NCBI GenBank assembly: GCA_051530055.1
Contig: CM121343.1
Coordinates: forward strand, 6,852,389-6,916,388
Length of the DNA: 64,000 nucleotides
Reading direction: 5' to 3'
From: Neoechinorhynchus agilis
Lineage: Eukaryota > Animalia > Acanthocephala
Positions 1 to 11,664 of the stretch are shown piece by piece. The notes under the pieces are model-generated. The model had not been told where the DNA came from and searched no databases. It saw only the letters and a list, made by a program, of their open reading frames with translations. The stretch's first letter is position 1. Each line of letters begins with the position of its first letter. The translations under genes and the position numbers were made by a program.

Positions 1-74
1 AGTTTTTTTCGGGCATGAAGTAGTTTGTTAGTTAGTGCTGTTTGTAAACGGGGAAAGTCTAGAGATTTATTGCG

Positions 75-1093
75 ATGGATCTTAGATGCTTTCCTTTGAA
101 GAGGTTTCAAGATAGAACTATCCTTGGGTGGTCAAGGTTGGATATTCTAATGAATTTCTTGGGCTTTGTCAAACTGGTGGTCGGCGGAAAGGTTTTTGAG
201 AAGAGATCTCTTATTCAAACCAGCCAAATTAAGCGAACAATCAACGAAAAAACAATACTGAGTAATATATTTCATTCTAATATTGAAGACTTCTTGGGAT
301 CTTATAAGGATAGTGGCCATTTATACATTGTGATGAGCTTAATACCGACCGGCAACTTGTTTGAACATTTTCATGCAAAACGACGATTTATTGAAGACGA
401 AAGTAGATTGGTACTAGCTCAGATTGTCCTCGCTTGGATTACTTGCATCAAATTAGTGTTGTCCATAGGGATATTAAAGCTGAGAACATTTTGGTAGAAG
501 ATAGCGGCTATATAAAAGTAACTGATTTCGGATTCGCTAAATTACTAAACGAGAAAGCGATGACTATTTGTGGAACTCCACAATACATGGCCCCAGAAGT
601 GTCCGGACGACTTGGATATACAACATGTTGCGATTGGTGGTCTCTTGGCGTTTTGGCATACGAGCTCAATGCAGGTTCTACGCCCTTTGTGGCATCAGAT
701 ATTATAAGGATCATTGCTAAAGCTCAATCCGGGAGGTTCAGAGTTCCTGAACATTTCTCATCCGAGCTACGGGATCTCGTCATCGGACTTTTGAAAATTA
801 ATCCAAATAGGCGATATGGATGTGGAAATGGCGGAATTGATGGGATGAAGGCTCACAAGTTCTTCAAAGATATTGACTGGTGGAATCTGTTCCAACAAAA
901 GGTTGCCATGATCTATAAGCCTGGCATTTATCCGACCGATAGATTCCTTTCACAATCGTTAAATATTTGTTCAAAGGAGGCTAACCTTTCCTTGATTGTT
1001 GATGTCAAAGACACCCCAGAATCACCGCTGGTGCAGAGGATTAAGCGCGGGAAAGCGAAGAGTCGTGTCCATGATGGCGCACAGTTCGTTTGA
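75..1093 (+). pseudogene. PKA catalytic-subunit-like kinase, copy 1 (frameshifted; N-terminus from antisense LINE)
   Basis: Two overlapping ORFs together give HRDIKAEN, DFGFAK, CGTPQYMAPE and DWWSLGV. It is near-identical to 8972-9829 (offset 8897). A 1-nt deletion at ~433 (cgcttgga vs cgctttgga) shifts the frame, and loss of the stop (tag>tat) extends it into antisense CRE sequence. Confidence 0.8.
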
Positions 1094-1354
1094 AGGCAAT
1101 CGTTGAGAATCCCGTAAATGCTTTGGCGACCAGATATCGCGCGCCTTTAGGGATCCGTTTCAGGACGTTCCTGGGCAGAAACCGCACGATATCAGGTATC
1201 GAAATAGAATCAGTGGTGATCTGAGGGGTCTCAGGCACGAAAGGTTCGGTTAATTGTGGTGGAGAACCAGACCCACTACAGCGGAGATCCCGGGGACCAT
1301 GGAACAAACAAAACCCCCAGATTGGTTAATTTAAAAGACCTACCGCAAACCGGA
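935..1354 (-). mobile_element. CRE-like (RLE) non-LTR retrotransposon, N-terminal fragment
   Basis: Minus ORF HGPRDLRCSGSG...RNVLKRIPKGAR; near-identical to 9830-10255. Confidence 0.65.
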
Positions 1355-3366
1355 CACTTGGGCAGCGTGGAAAAAGGAGTGTAGATATAGGGAGGTGCGA
1401 GGTCAAAGGAGGATGAAACGAATTAGGATTACGAATGTTGTTCTCGTGTGAAAAGGGAGCGACATGTGGAAGAAATTGTGGTGGTTGGGTTGAGAGACGT
1501 TTTGATTGTTTTAAGAAAATAGTATCAAGGCATTCGATGGGAGAAGGAAGGTCAATTGTGCAAATTTTAGATGCTCTTTTGTGAAGAATTTCAAGACGAC
1601 GGATTTGAGATTTGGAAAGGTTGCAAAATACGCGATAATCGTAGGTGAGGGATGGTAAGACAAAGCAGAAGTAAAATTTGTAAAGATCGGTTGAAGGGAT
1701 TCCTATGCCGGAAGCTCGAGGGAGAGAGTGATGTGCGAGTCCCATTTGAATTTTGATTGAAATTGGATACTGGGAATTCTTAGGAAGATGAATCGTAGGA
1801 TGTCATTTAGAAGCTCAGGGGATGATGTGGTGTTGCGGGAGAGTAAAGGGATCATTTCGATGCATTTAAAGAAATTCAGGTGGAGGTTGTGATTGGTGCA
1901 GAAATCTTTTATATGTGAGATTTCTTTAGAGGTTAAAGAAACGGAGAGGTGGGGCGGTGAATTGGTGATATCGTCGGCGCATGGGAAGAGTTTAGAGTTA
2001 GAGGAGAGAGGTTCGAAGTCGTTTAGCAAAATATTAAAGAAAAGTGGTGACAGCACAGCACCTTGAGGTACGCCTTTGGTGCGGGATAGGCTGATTGAGG
2101 AGGTAGAAGAGCAGTGAATGTATTGTTTGCGATTGTGAAGATAAAATTCGAGCCCGCGGATCTCCCACAAGTTGAGACCAAAGGTTCACAGAGTCGGATG
2201 CTTTCGATAAATCCAGTCTAATGAGACGGGTGACGTTAGAAGGATTATTGTCGAGGTTGCGTAGGAGCGTGTCATAAATGCAAAGTAGGGCATCGCTTGC
2301 AGAAAATTTGGGCCTGAAGCCAAATTGTAGGGGCGATAACGTTTCGTGGAGAAGTGAAAAAAGGCGAGATTTAAAACATTTTTCGATGATTTTTGAAAGA
2401 CCGGGTGGAATGGAAATTGGACGGAATGATTCAGCCGAAATAGGATGCCCTTTTTTGGAACGAGTAAAATTTTGGCAGTTTTCAGGCAAGAGGGGTAGAT
2501 GCCATATAAAAAACCGAGGTTTTTAATGTGGATAAGAGGGTCGAGAAGTTCGGGGATGATGCAGCGAAGGGTCCAGTTTGGGATTTCGGATTGAGAGGAC
2601 GAATTTTTAGGTAATTTCATGAGATACTTTAGTACTTCATATGATGAAACTAAGGGGTATCGGCGAGTTGACAAGAGTTTCAGCTGTGGACGTAAAAGAT
2701 TGTTTGGGGACTGATGTTGAGCAGTGATTGTAAATTGAGTCAGGGCAGAGGTTCTGATTGTTGGAATCTAGAACCTGTTTTAATTCAGTGGAGGACAAAT
2801 GAGGGAATGGATCCGGGTGGCGTAGACCACGAGATTCCTTGGCAGCCCGCCACCATGTTGAGTTGCCACCTTATCGAATTTTAGAGGAGAGGAAGTTTTT
2901 GCGGGCGATAAGTATTTTGTTAGTCAGTGCTTTTTGTGTGGAGAGTTATTGCGATAGGTTTTAGAAGATTGCCTTTGTAAAAGTTTCAGAATGGGGCTTA
3001 TCCATGGAGGGTCGCGCTTTGAGATCCTAATGAAATTCTCGGGAATTGCCGAAGCTAGGAGATTTTCTATGATTGAGGTTAGGGAGGACATGGCAAAAGA
3101 AGGACCATTTGTGTTGTCAGAGTGGGATGTGCGGATGTTAGAGTTGAATAATTTTTTAAAATTTTGGATGTGATGATCACGTTTATCCAAGACGGTTAAA
3201 CGGGGAGATTTCATACTCTGAGGTGAGGTGGAAGGAGTGATATAGGCAGAATAATGGTCAGAGTTCGCGGGGAGAGGGAGTTTAGAGGCGGGTGAGCAGG
3301 CTTCGATATTTATGAACACTTTGTCGAGGTGAGCGTCAAGACGAGTTGGAAAGTCAAGTAGTTGAC
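1355..3366 (-). mobile_element. Degenerate L2/CR1-like LINE ORF2 (APE end + RT + C-terminus)
   Basis: Successive minus-strand frames give SDHY (APE end), DPPWISP, FRPISIPPGLSKIIEK, QFGFRPKFS, LDLSKASDSV, GVPQGAVLSPLFF, CADDI (YADD) and QIRRLEILHKRASKI. Confidence 0.85.
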
Positions 3367-4625
3367 CTAAAACGATGAAATGAGTGCGTTAACGTATTTT
3401 AAACTCTTATTGAAAGAAGAGAACAACTCAATAAATGGATAAACCTTTTCAGCTTCGTTCACGTGCCTTAAAGATTAGAGTAAAAGGTGAGTTTTGCTAA
3501 CTTACTGATTTCAATTTCAAGAAATGCCGAGAAGATACTCGTCGCATTGAAGAAATCACTGTTACTTTTATTTTAGATCCGCATCAAATAGATAATATAA
3601 ATTAAATCGAGGCTCTCTCCGAAGATTGATTGCGCTACATAAAAATCGTTAAAAGTTTATTGTCGCCAGTAATTCGAGAATATCTCTAAAGAATACATAT
3701 TTGCGTCCTCCGACTCAATTGATTCCTCAAGCATCTTAAAAATAAGAAGGGCATTTCACGTTTCATTTTAAATATTTCCTTTTAATTCTTTTCAAGTATG
3801 TAAAAATATTCAAGTGAAAAGCCAGCATTCAACTTATTTTAATTCTGGGAATATTTTAATTGATTAAAAAATCATTCATGTCTTTTGTGAGGCGAGTGCA
3901 AAAAGATGAAATTTATTTTTACCAAAATGACCATTTCTCACTCCGACAAAATCATTCTCCTTTGGTTCAAAGCGAATATAGCAATCCGAGCATGATTTGA
4001 TTTTAGACCAAATTTTTCAATCAATAAATTAATTTTTTGTGTCGTCGAATGATTTTTTAGCATCTCTTCTAAAGCAACGATCGAATCTATTCCGCTTTCT
4101 TCGAATTTATGAAGACTTCGTTTTCCTACTCCTGGAACACAAAGCAGATCCTTGTGATCGAATTCGCGATTGAGAAAGCAATCGATCTTTGCCGAAAAAA
4201 AGAATTGATCCATGTTTGGATCCACCTCCTTACAGCATTTTTCGGATCTCGTTTCGTTTTCGGTCATCGGTGAATTCGATTTTGTCAATGATGAGCCATT
4301 AAGTGTGCATAATGTTGCTATGACAACGCAACCGAGATGCTGGCAGTACGCGAACCCCAAATTTTTCTTGAACTAGCAATGTTTTCGCAACCTACCGTTG
4401 CAACGGTTTGTGGCAGACTGTAAACCCTTTCAAGGACCTCTGCTTCTTCACATCCATCATAAACAACCAAATAAAGAAATCAACGAAGTGTCCCATAATC
4501 TACATTAGGAGGTTCCGACTAAAAGGTGGCCGCAAACGATTGTTATTCAATCTAATCTCATGCTTCCGAGACCGATCCTCCATCAAAGCTACTTTTTCTC
4601 ATTTGCTAAAAGCGATACCCTAGGA
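3367..4625. repeat. Left arm of ~1.26-kb inverted segmental repeat (partner 11300-12565; direct partial copy 58457-59352)
   Basis: The reverse complement matches 11300-12565 (e.g. ctaaaacgatgaaatgagtgcgttaacg / cgttaacgcactcatttcatcgttttag). Contains the BAF-like ORF. Confidence 0.9.
3938..4267 (-). CDS. Divergent BAF (barrier-to-autointegration factor)-like HhH protein, copy A
   Basis: The ~91-aa core from MDQFF (4213), SAKIDCF...KDLLCVPGVGKRSLHKFEESGID, aligns by eye with BANF1 SQKHRDF...[23 protein letters not shown]. Size matches; intronless. Confidence 0.55.
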   Translation of the reverse strand: MTENETRSEKCCKEVDPNMDQFFFSAKIDCFLNREFDHKDLLCVPGVGKRSLHKFEESGIDSIVALEEMLKNHSTTQKINLLIEKFGLKSNHARIAIFALNQRRMILSE

Positions 4626-4978
4626 TCTCATCCATTACACATTTCGCCGATAAACTGAAGATCAACTTCATCAACCTGCAGTACGCCATATTCTTCAAAA
4701 AATTTATTGGTTTGTAAAGATGTTCATCATTTACTTTTTTTATAGCGAATTATCAAATAATTTATTGATTTATTTGATCAGTCTGCAAGAAGACATCCCA
4801 TATTCTTCAATTAATGATGAGACGAAATGAATCTATGATTTGGATGCTCATGAAAATATGGTACGGACATCCGATAAGTAATTTGAACAACCGGAATGGT
4901 AGAGAAAGTTCTGGTTGCGAATGGGTTCAAAGTTGAGACTGATAAGAAATCGCGCTTATTGATTGGGCCTAAACACGG

Positions 4979-5786
4979 GTGCTGGATCGGTCTCAGGTTT
5001 CATTTCGCAACCTTATTCCGATCTGCCAATTGAAGGAGAAGGTAGGCGGTGCGATTTGTGGATACATTTCATCGATTCGCCAAACCAACGATAATCTTAC
5101 GTCACTTATAATTGATGATGGTACTGATCGAATGTCTGTATCATATTTTCACGAGCGTCCAGATCATCAGATTCTTTTGTTGGGTCAATTTATCGTGGTC
5201 GAACAACCGAGACCTCGCATGTATCGATCTCTCCTCGAAATACGAACAAGACGAGTTAAGATCATTTCGGAATTTCAAGACCAATTAAAATTTCTTGAGC
5301 GTATCTTTGAACGAACTCAAATAAATAAAAAATCTCCAGAAGTTATTGATCTGAATGAAATGACTACGGTCTCAAGGGAGTGGTTGCTCTCCAATGGACT
5401 TGGTCACTGACTCTTGAGTGCGCCCGAGAGCCAGTGATGAAAATCCAAATCATTTGATGAAATTCGGAGCTATCAATTCTGCCAACAGTAGCACTGAGGA
5501 CATCTTTAATGTAACTTTAAGTTCCAAAAAACTATCGTTTCTTATCTTCGATAGGTTAAAACGCGCAACGAAACAATATCATAACGAGTGCATTCGTCCA
5601 AAACAATTGCTTCGATATTCGCCTGAATTGACGTTCCTTGGAGAAATGAATGTACTGGCGATTCTTGACCGACTGGTTCACGATGGCTTGGTAATAAGTG
5701 TGGCTCCATTCCTTTTTACACCTATGCCAGAAGTGCCGGACAATGAAATCGCAACCACGATTGTTTGTAAACTCAGCAAAAAGTAA
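4979..5786 (+). CDS. STN1/RPA2-like OB-fold protein with possible C-terminal winged helix (split into two ORFs)
   Basis: ICGYISSIRQ...LIIDDGTDRMSV...LGQFIVV...RMYRSLLEIR resembles the STN1/RPA32 OB fold. The second ORF has a wHTH-like LAILDRLVHDGLV. The junction at 5410-5418 is unresolved (stop plus frame change). Confidence 0.45.
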
Positions 5787-6107
5787 TTTTTTATAATTTT
5801 GCATGTTTATTAAACGATGAAACCGAGAGGTTTTTGAAACATTATTATTCAAATTGTTAAAAGTAAGACGATTGTTCAGACACGGCCAAAATAAACGCTG
5901 TTGTCTTTTTGGCGAAAATGACGAAAAGAGCACATCTTCTACGAAAGCTCATGTTGAACAGTAAAACAATTTTGTTTATCGGAAAGCTTTGCTATCGATT
6001 CAGTTATCGAGTGTAAATAGCCACATCGGAGCTTTTGAGATAATCACTGCGATCAACATTTTAGATTCGATTGCCTCTTGATTTCGAAAAACATTTCCAT
6101 TATATTC

Positions 6108-6670
6108 ACCAAGAAATGTCTCCTCCAATTCAGCCGAATCCTTCGTGTTTAGGTCTTAGTGGGATTTTAGGCCCTGCGCTGATGCCTTCAATTAAACACA
6201 TTTGAGATGGCACTAAGCTTTCGATCTGATAATCTTTTACCCTAATTTTGTCAGAATACCTCCAAGATTCGGTGTCTTCTTCAAAAGAGGATTTGATGGG
6301 CGTTCGTGAACTTCCACTACTTGAATGCTCGTATCTTTTCTCCGGTTCTCCTTCGGTCTTGCCGGCTTTAAGTAATTCTCTTTGTTTATTTCGGTCCACA
6401 GGGGTTTCAAATTCACCTTCACTGGTCTCTGTCGACTTCGTAGAATCATCTGGATGAAGCGATAATTGAACTATGTCGATTTTAACACCTTCACCAAGAA
6501 ATGCCTTCCCCAATTCAGCCGAATCCTTCGTTACAAGTCTTAGTGGTATTTGAGGCCTTGTTTTGATGCCTTCAATTAAACACATTTGAGATTGCATTAA
6601 GCTTTAAATCTGATGATCTTTAACCCTAATTTTGTCAGAATACCTCCAGGATGTGGCGTGTTCTTCAAAA
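6108..6670 (-). repeat. ~180-bp internal duplication (~384-bp spacing) inside an unknown minus-strand coding or pseudogene region
   Basis: caccaagaaatg...ttcttcaaaa occurs at 6108-6287 and 6491-6670, giving the protein repeat SQMCLIEGI. The upstream copy has TAA where the other has GAA. Confidence 0.7.
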
Positions 6671-7653
6671 TTGGAATTGCTGGATATGGCTATAGAATTA
6701 TCTGCGGATTCTGAGCTCTCTTTGGGTGTTTTTGAACCTTGGAATTCTCAAGATAGTTTCTTATATGCACCGACTTCAATTGTATCTGCTTTACTCGTTT
6801 GATGGAACACTGGCCGAAATCCCATAGATGAGAATACCCTGCAAACCAATTGTGCTTTATCGTAAATTCTACTTTGTAAAGCCCGATTGTCTCATGGTCC
6901 TTCATGAGGTTCAGATCGCTTTCGCGCCTCATCCTATGTGCTAATCGAATTAAGCGATGATGTGTGATTTTTGATTGTTTTGACCGTTTCTTCATGTTTC
7001 AATACATTTTGGCGCTGGTTGTTTGACTTGTGCTGAAATGGCACTTGACCTCGATGAGTCTTCTTTTTCCTAATAAGACTCCCCAGTTTGATGATCGGTG
7101 AGTGTTGTGTATCACTCAAGAGACGACAATTCCACTATATCCATAGATCGTATCCTACTGTGGAACTTTCTTGGCATATTCATCGTCTCCCATTTTAAGT
7201 TCAAAGAATTCTCAGTTAGATTTTACCCGCGTGGACATTCTCGTAGAAAGCAATATAAAATTCGCCGTCCTTAAATCAGAGGACAGCTGGGTCGAAATCA
7301 TTATTTTGTTCCCTTTGGCGTCGGGACACTCGGGTCGTTTGGTACCGCGGCGCAGGACTTGTTCAACAATTGTCCAAGAGAATCCGAGATCAGGAGCATT
7401 CCTCCTACAAAACATAGCCAACGCCGGAAAGCTGCATCCGTCCTTTTGACCGTTACACCAGGACGGCAGCTGGGTTATCCAGAGGGGCGGTGGTGTGAAT
7501 GTTGGTAAGATTTGGTCGAGATACCAAGCACTACTTAAATCGCCGTAAGAGATTAAAAGCTGAATATGTCAGCGTTAGGGACTGTCACGTACCAAGGTCC
7601 AAACGTGGTCCGCTACAATTCTTCGATAGTAACAAAGATGATAATTCGATCGT

Positions 7654-8400
7654 TTAAGTCAACGGGACATTGGTGAACAGAGCGTTCACATCAACCGTAA
7701 ACATTTTGTAGTGCTTAACGTTAATTTTCCTGATCTCAATCGCAAACGTGGGTCCATCATTGATGTGCGAGAAAGATGTGCTTAAAATCACTGGTAATAA
7801 AGCATTGATCCTTTTGGGTAAGCGATGATTGAAAGAAATATAACTGGCTAGAATTGGACGGTACTGCAGGATGGGTTTGTGTATCTTCGGGAGGAGATAG
7901 AGAAACGCACATTTAGCCGATGATGATCGCGTCATGTTGTAAAATTGAGGACTGATCAACGACCGGCTCAACAAATTCCTGTGAAAACCGTTAAATTTAG
8001 TTTCTCTGCTTCCAGCGGGATCTCTAGCCAGCCTCTCAAATTTGTCCGAGTTAAGAAGATCCAAAGCCCCGTTTGATAATCTTCCATGTCCACAGCTACT
8101 AAAGCACGTCCTTTGTCGGATTTACAAATCACTATTGATGGCACTTCCTTAAGGGACTTCGCAATTGCCATCTCGTCATTATCGTTGCGAACGTTCCGAC
8201 TACGAGCTTTCTTGTCGTAGGCCACCATTGAACTCATCAGCTCCGGATGTGAGTTTATAAGAAGCTCTGTATCACATCGTATTTTGGTAGATCGAATCTG
8301 ATGCTTCATAATATAGTACGGTCCCTTGTTCAGCAAATTGAGTTCCCTTGAGGAAAAGATGTGTTTTGATCCATTCGCAAAATAAAAGCACTCTTCGAAT
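7654..8400 (-). mobile_element. Penelope-like element RT fragment
   Basis: IVICKSDKGRALVAVDMEDY, YLLPKIHKPILQYRPIL and VDVNALFTNVPL are characteristic PLE RT motifs. Frameshifted and truncated after motif A. Confidence 0.85.
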
Positions 8401-8729
8401 GTTCTTGGTCTTAATTGTTCAAGCTTCAGTAAGTGGTTCCAGATTAACGTACTCATTGACTCCTATGCAGTCTTTATCTTGCAAGGTACGTACCACCAAC
8501 TCCCACAGCAAAGTTCGACCGTCGTTTAAGCTTCTCCATGCGGCTCCTCATTTCATGAATCCCGAATACGATCAACTTCTTGGAGAAAAATTTTTGCAGT
8601 TGCGAATCCTGAAACCCAATAATACCGGAACTGATTTTGGCACACTTAGGAGGTCACCTCGCGAAATATTTCCAATAAATAAAAATCAAATGTGCTATTG
8701 CCGGGATTATTATCACCAAAATAATACTT

Positions 8730-9087
8730 TTCTAATAGTTTCAGTCAGGGCAGAGATTCTCATTAGTAGAGTCTAGTACATGCTTCAGTTCAGAGAGGAC
8801 AAATTTGGGAAGTGATCAGGGTTGCATAGACCAAGAGGGTCCTTGGCGGCTCGTCACCACGTAAGATTGCAGCCTAAACGAATTTCGGAGAAAAATTAGT
8901 TTTTTTCGGGCATGAAGTAGTTTGTTAGTTAGTGCTGTTTGTAAACGGGGAAAGTCTAGAGATTTATTGCGATGGATCTTAGATGCTTTCCTTTGAAGAG
9001 GTTTCAAGATAGAACTATCCTTGGGTGGTCAAGGTTGGATATTCTAATGAATTTCTTGGGCTTTGTCAAACTGGTGGTCGGCGGAAA
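8730..9087 (-). mobile_element. LINE ORF2 fragment (second L2/CR1-like subfamily), antisense to the kinase
   Basis: Similar to 2700-3050 and to 14510-14872; minus frame KPKKFIRISNLDHPRI corresponds to IPENFIRISKRDPPWI. Confidence 0.75.
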
Positions 9088-9829
9088 GGTTTTTGAGAAG
9101 AGATCTCTTATTCAAACCAGCCAAATTAAGCGAACAATCAACGAAAAAACAATACTGAGTAATATATTTCATTCTAATATTGAAGACTTCTTGGGATCTT
9201 ATAAGGATAGTGGCCATTTATACATTGTGATGAGCTTAATACCGACCGGCAACTTGTTTGAACATTTTCATGCAAAACGACGATTTATTGAAGACGAAAG
9301 TAGATTTGTACTAGCTCAGATTGTCCTCGCTTTGGATTACTTGCATCAAATTAGTGTTGTCCATAGGGATATTAAGGTTGAGAACATTTTGGTAGAAGAT
9401 AGCGGCTATATAAAAGTAACTGATTTCGGATTCGCTAAATTACTAAACGAGAAAGCGATGACTATTTGTGGAACTCCACAATACATGGCCCCAGAAGTGT
9501 CCGGACGACTTGGATATACAACATGTTGCGATTGGTGGTCTCTTGGCGTTTTGGCATACGAGCTCAATGCAGGTTCTACGCCCCTTGTGGCATCAGATAT
9601 TATAAGGATCATTGCTAAAGCTCAATCCGGGAGGTTCAGAGTTCCTGAACATTTCTCATCCGAGCTACGGGATCTCGTCATCGGACTTTTGAAAATTAAT
9701 CCAAATAGGCGATATGGATGTGGAAATGGCGGAATTGATGGGATGAAGGCTCACAAGTTCTTCAAAGATATTGACTGGTGGAATCTGTTCCAACAAAAGG
9801 TTGCCATGATCTATAAGCCTGGCATTTAG
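8972..9829 (+). CDS. PKA catalytic-subunit-like kinase, copy 2 (open 285-aa ORF, no Gly-rich loop)
   Basis: K39 (beta3 Lys), INEK (alphaC Glu), HRDIKVEN, DFG, GTPQYMAPE, DWWSLG, HFSSELRDL and HKFFKDIDW are collinear with PKA-C. Intronless; the first 38 codons derive from antisense LINE. Confidence 0.8.
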   Translation: MDLRCFPLKRFQDRTILGWSRLDILMNFLGFVKLVVGGKVFEKRSLIQTSQIKRTINEKTILSNIFHSNIEDFLGSYKDSGHLYIVMSLIPTGNLFEHFHAKRRFIEDESRFVLAQIVLALDYLHQISVVHRDIKVENILVEDSGYIKVTDFGFAKLLNEKAMTICGTPQYMAPEVSGRLGYTTCCDWWSLGVLAYELNAGSTPLVASDIIRIIAKAQSGRFRVPEHFSSELRDLVIGLLKINPNRRYGCGNGGIDGMKAHKFFKDIDWWNLFQQKVAMIYKPGI

Positions 9830-10521
9830 CCGACCGATAGATTCCTTTCACAATCGTTAAATATTTGTTCAAAGGAGGCTAACCTTTCCTTGATTGTTGA
9901 TGTCAAAGACACCCCAGAATCACCGCTGGTGCAGAGGATTAAGCGCGGGAAAGCGAAGAGTCGTGTCCATGATGGCGCATAGTTCGTTTGAAGGCATTCG
10001 TTGAGGAATCCCGTAAATGCTTTGGCGACCAGATATCGCGCGCCTTTAGGGATCCGTTTCAGGACGTTCCTGGGCAGAAACCGCACGATATCAGGTATCG
10101 AAATAGAATCAGTGGTGATCTGAGAGGTCTCAGGCACTAAAGGTTCGGTTAATTGTGGTGGAGAACCAGACCCACTACAGCGGAGATCCCGGGGACCATG
10201 GAAAAACAAAACCCCCAGATTGGTTAATTTAAAAGACCTACCGCGAACCGGACACAAACCAGTAGAGACGCGTGGGAGCCCGGCAGCGTTGGTCTTCTCA
10301 GGTTGATAATGATCGATGATTGGCGCGTTCAAATTATCTGCGTCAGCAGCGTCGATTGTAGGCGATTTGAACACATTGTGATGTAATTTGGAATTTCTGC
10401 AAAAGCTATCCGATGCTGAGATCGTCCTGAGCCTTCTTGGAGGTATAGGGCTGGGAGGAGAATCTGATCCGTCGCAATATCCATCATCCAAGAATAGATA
10501 CTTTTCCGAAAAGATTGGCAA
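9830..10521 (-). mobile_element. CRE-like element N-terminal region with Zn-finger-like motif
   Basis: CPVRGRSFKLTNLGVLFFHGPRDLRCSGSG and WTRLFAFPRLIL; related copies at 935, 15700 and 18900. Confidence 0.7.
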
Positions 10522-10639
10522 CGACGTTGCTTGTAAGTTTTTAAAAGAATTTTATTACGACGTAGACCCCTCGTCCACAAGACTTTACTCCAGAATGAGG
10601 CATAATCTTTTTTATTTTTAAGATATAAACATCATTATT

Positions 10640-10990
10640 CGCCGTCCTCGTCCTCAATTGTGGCCCGAATGCTTGCCGTGCTGCCTCTCCACGCGGCGAT
10701 GCTGATATTTTGCACCGGTTTTTACCTGAAGGCGTCGCTTCAGATCCCTCAGGAGTTGAAGAGCCTCACTGCCAAGAGATCCGTAGGTCTCAACCCCAAA
10801 AGGCACAAATACATGGTCCCGGGCTAAATCGAGGTATTTCGCCGTTTTCCGTCCTTCCACAGCACTCGCTGCACCTCCAGCTTGAACCACCGAGAACTTG
10901 AGATTGCTGGCCGCGAGTGCATCGACACAAGCGGCGTCCCAGAAGAGGCATTTGCTCTCCCGCCACGGAAATGCGGTCACCCCATCAGGT
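10640..10990 (-). mobile_element. CRE-like element restriction-like endonuclease (RLE) C-terminus
   Basis: FPWRESKCLFWDAACVD...RKTAKYLDL...FVPFGVETYGSLG...RGSTASI. Confidence 0.85.
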
Positions 10991-10999
10991 CTATCCCCG

Positions 11000-11300
11000 T
11001 CGTCCCTACAGAGGTTGGCAGGTCGTCGCTGGAGATCGTGCGCGTTTTGCTCAGAAACATCCTCAAGCGGATCCCGAAGGGCGCTTCAGCTGAGCGACAG
11101 TCTCGAGGCAAATACCGAAATATCTTGGACACGCCTTTTCGCATTCCAGAGACTGGTACGTCCCTCGTTACCCTCATCAAGACCGGGTGTCCCCCTTCGA
11201 CAATTCGTTTGGAGAGGTCCTACGCAAAGCTCGCGTTTTTAGGGGAGATTTCTCAAAGCCACCGAATCCGAGCCGAGTTTCCACGATGTCCTTCTCCCTT
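11000..11300 (+). mobile_element. CRE-like N-terminal fragment, opposite orientation
   Basis: RNILKRIPKGA and ISWTRLFAFQRLV on the plus strand, joined head-to-head to the minus-strand RLE piece. Confidence 0.6.
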
Positions 11301-11664
11301 AGGGATGTCGTTTTTAGTCGTTTTTAGCCAATGGACAAAGTAGCGGTGATGAAGGATCGGTCTCGGAAGCATGAGATTAGATTGAATAACAATCGTTTGC
11401 GGCCACCTTTTAGTCGGAATCTCCGTATATAGATTATGGGACACTTCGTTGATTTCTTTATTTGGTTGTTTATGATGGATGTGAAGAACCAGAGGTCCTT
11501 GAAAGGGTTTACAGTCTGCCACAAACCGTTTCAACGGTAGGTTGCGAAAACATTGCTAGTTCAAGAAAAATTTGGGGTTCGCGTACTGCCAGCATCTCGG
11601 TTGCGTTGCCATAGCAACATTATGCACACTTAATGGCTCATCATTGACAAAATCGAATTCACCG

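Noticed and set aside
4408-4623. ORFs conserved upstream of all three BAF-like copies (MWQTVNPF..., MQRFVADC...)
   Set aside because: The conservation is explained by the recent duplication; stops differ between copies and I recognise no domain.
4813-4828. atgatgagacgaaa as a hammerhead core
   Set aside because: No C3, no stem II and no pairing stem I.
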